DNA of 64,000 nucleotides from Kudoa neothunni (Eukaryota > Animalia > Cnidaria), in the NCBI GenBank assembly GCA_964304625.1, contig OZ199839.1:4715376-4779375 (forward strand), read 5' to 3'. Below the pieces are notes generated by a model. It ran no database searches. It was not told the origin of the DNA and saw nothing but the letters and a program-made list of their open reading frames with translations. How positions within the stretch are numbered: position 1 is the stretch's first letter; each line of letters opens with the position of its first letter. Position numbers and translations under genes: made by a program. Below are positions 63,903 through 64,000 of the stretch, in pieces.

Positions 63903-64000
63903 TTTCAACAGAAATTGAGTTTTTAAATTTTGTTATTTGGTGGATATTTAATTGTTGTGTGTAAAATTCGACTAGATTACGCCGGTTTATTTTTGTTGCT

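Overview
AT-rich eukaryotic, most likely animal, genomic DNA with very short GT-AG introns (mostly about 33-55 nt). The compact introns and divergent proteins suggest a reduced parasitic metazoan such as a myxozoan, but that is inference. Host genes reconstructed by manual splicing are: the 3' part of CLPB/Skd3 (+); a 16-exon GLD-2/TENT2-like non-canonical poly(A) polymerase (-) that is barely visible in the ORF track; two tandem ATP8A/Drs2-type P4-ATPase flippases (-) flanking a 9-exon uncharacterised signal-anchor gene (-); two tandem Churchill genes (-); and STOML2 (+). Two transposon-dense blocks (about 13-33 kb and 48.4-59.2 kb), plus scattered elements at 1.6-7.6 kb, hold piggyBac (at least 7 copies or derivatives), IS630/Tc1-like, Tigger/pogo, hAT, MULE, Helitron, BEL/Pao, Gypsy, a solo LTR, a probable LINE fragment and MITEs. 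Several nestings can be resolved to the base. The most unusual signal is that piggyBac-ended elements appear to carry a decayed intron-rich (micro-exon) passenger gene with hydrophobic termini. No rRNA, tRNA or CRISPR array was found.
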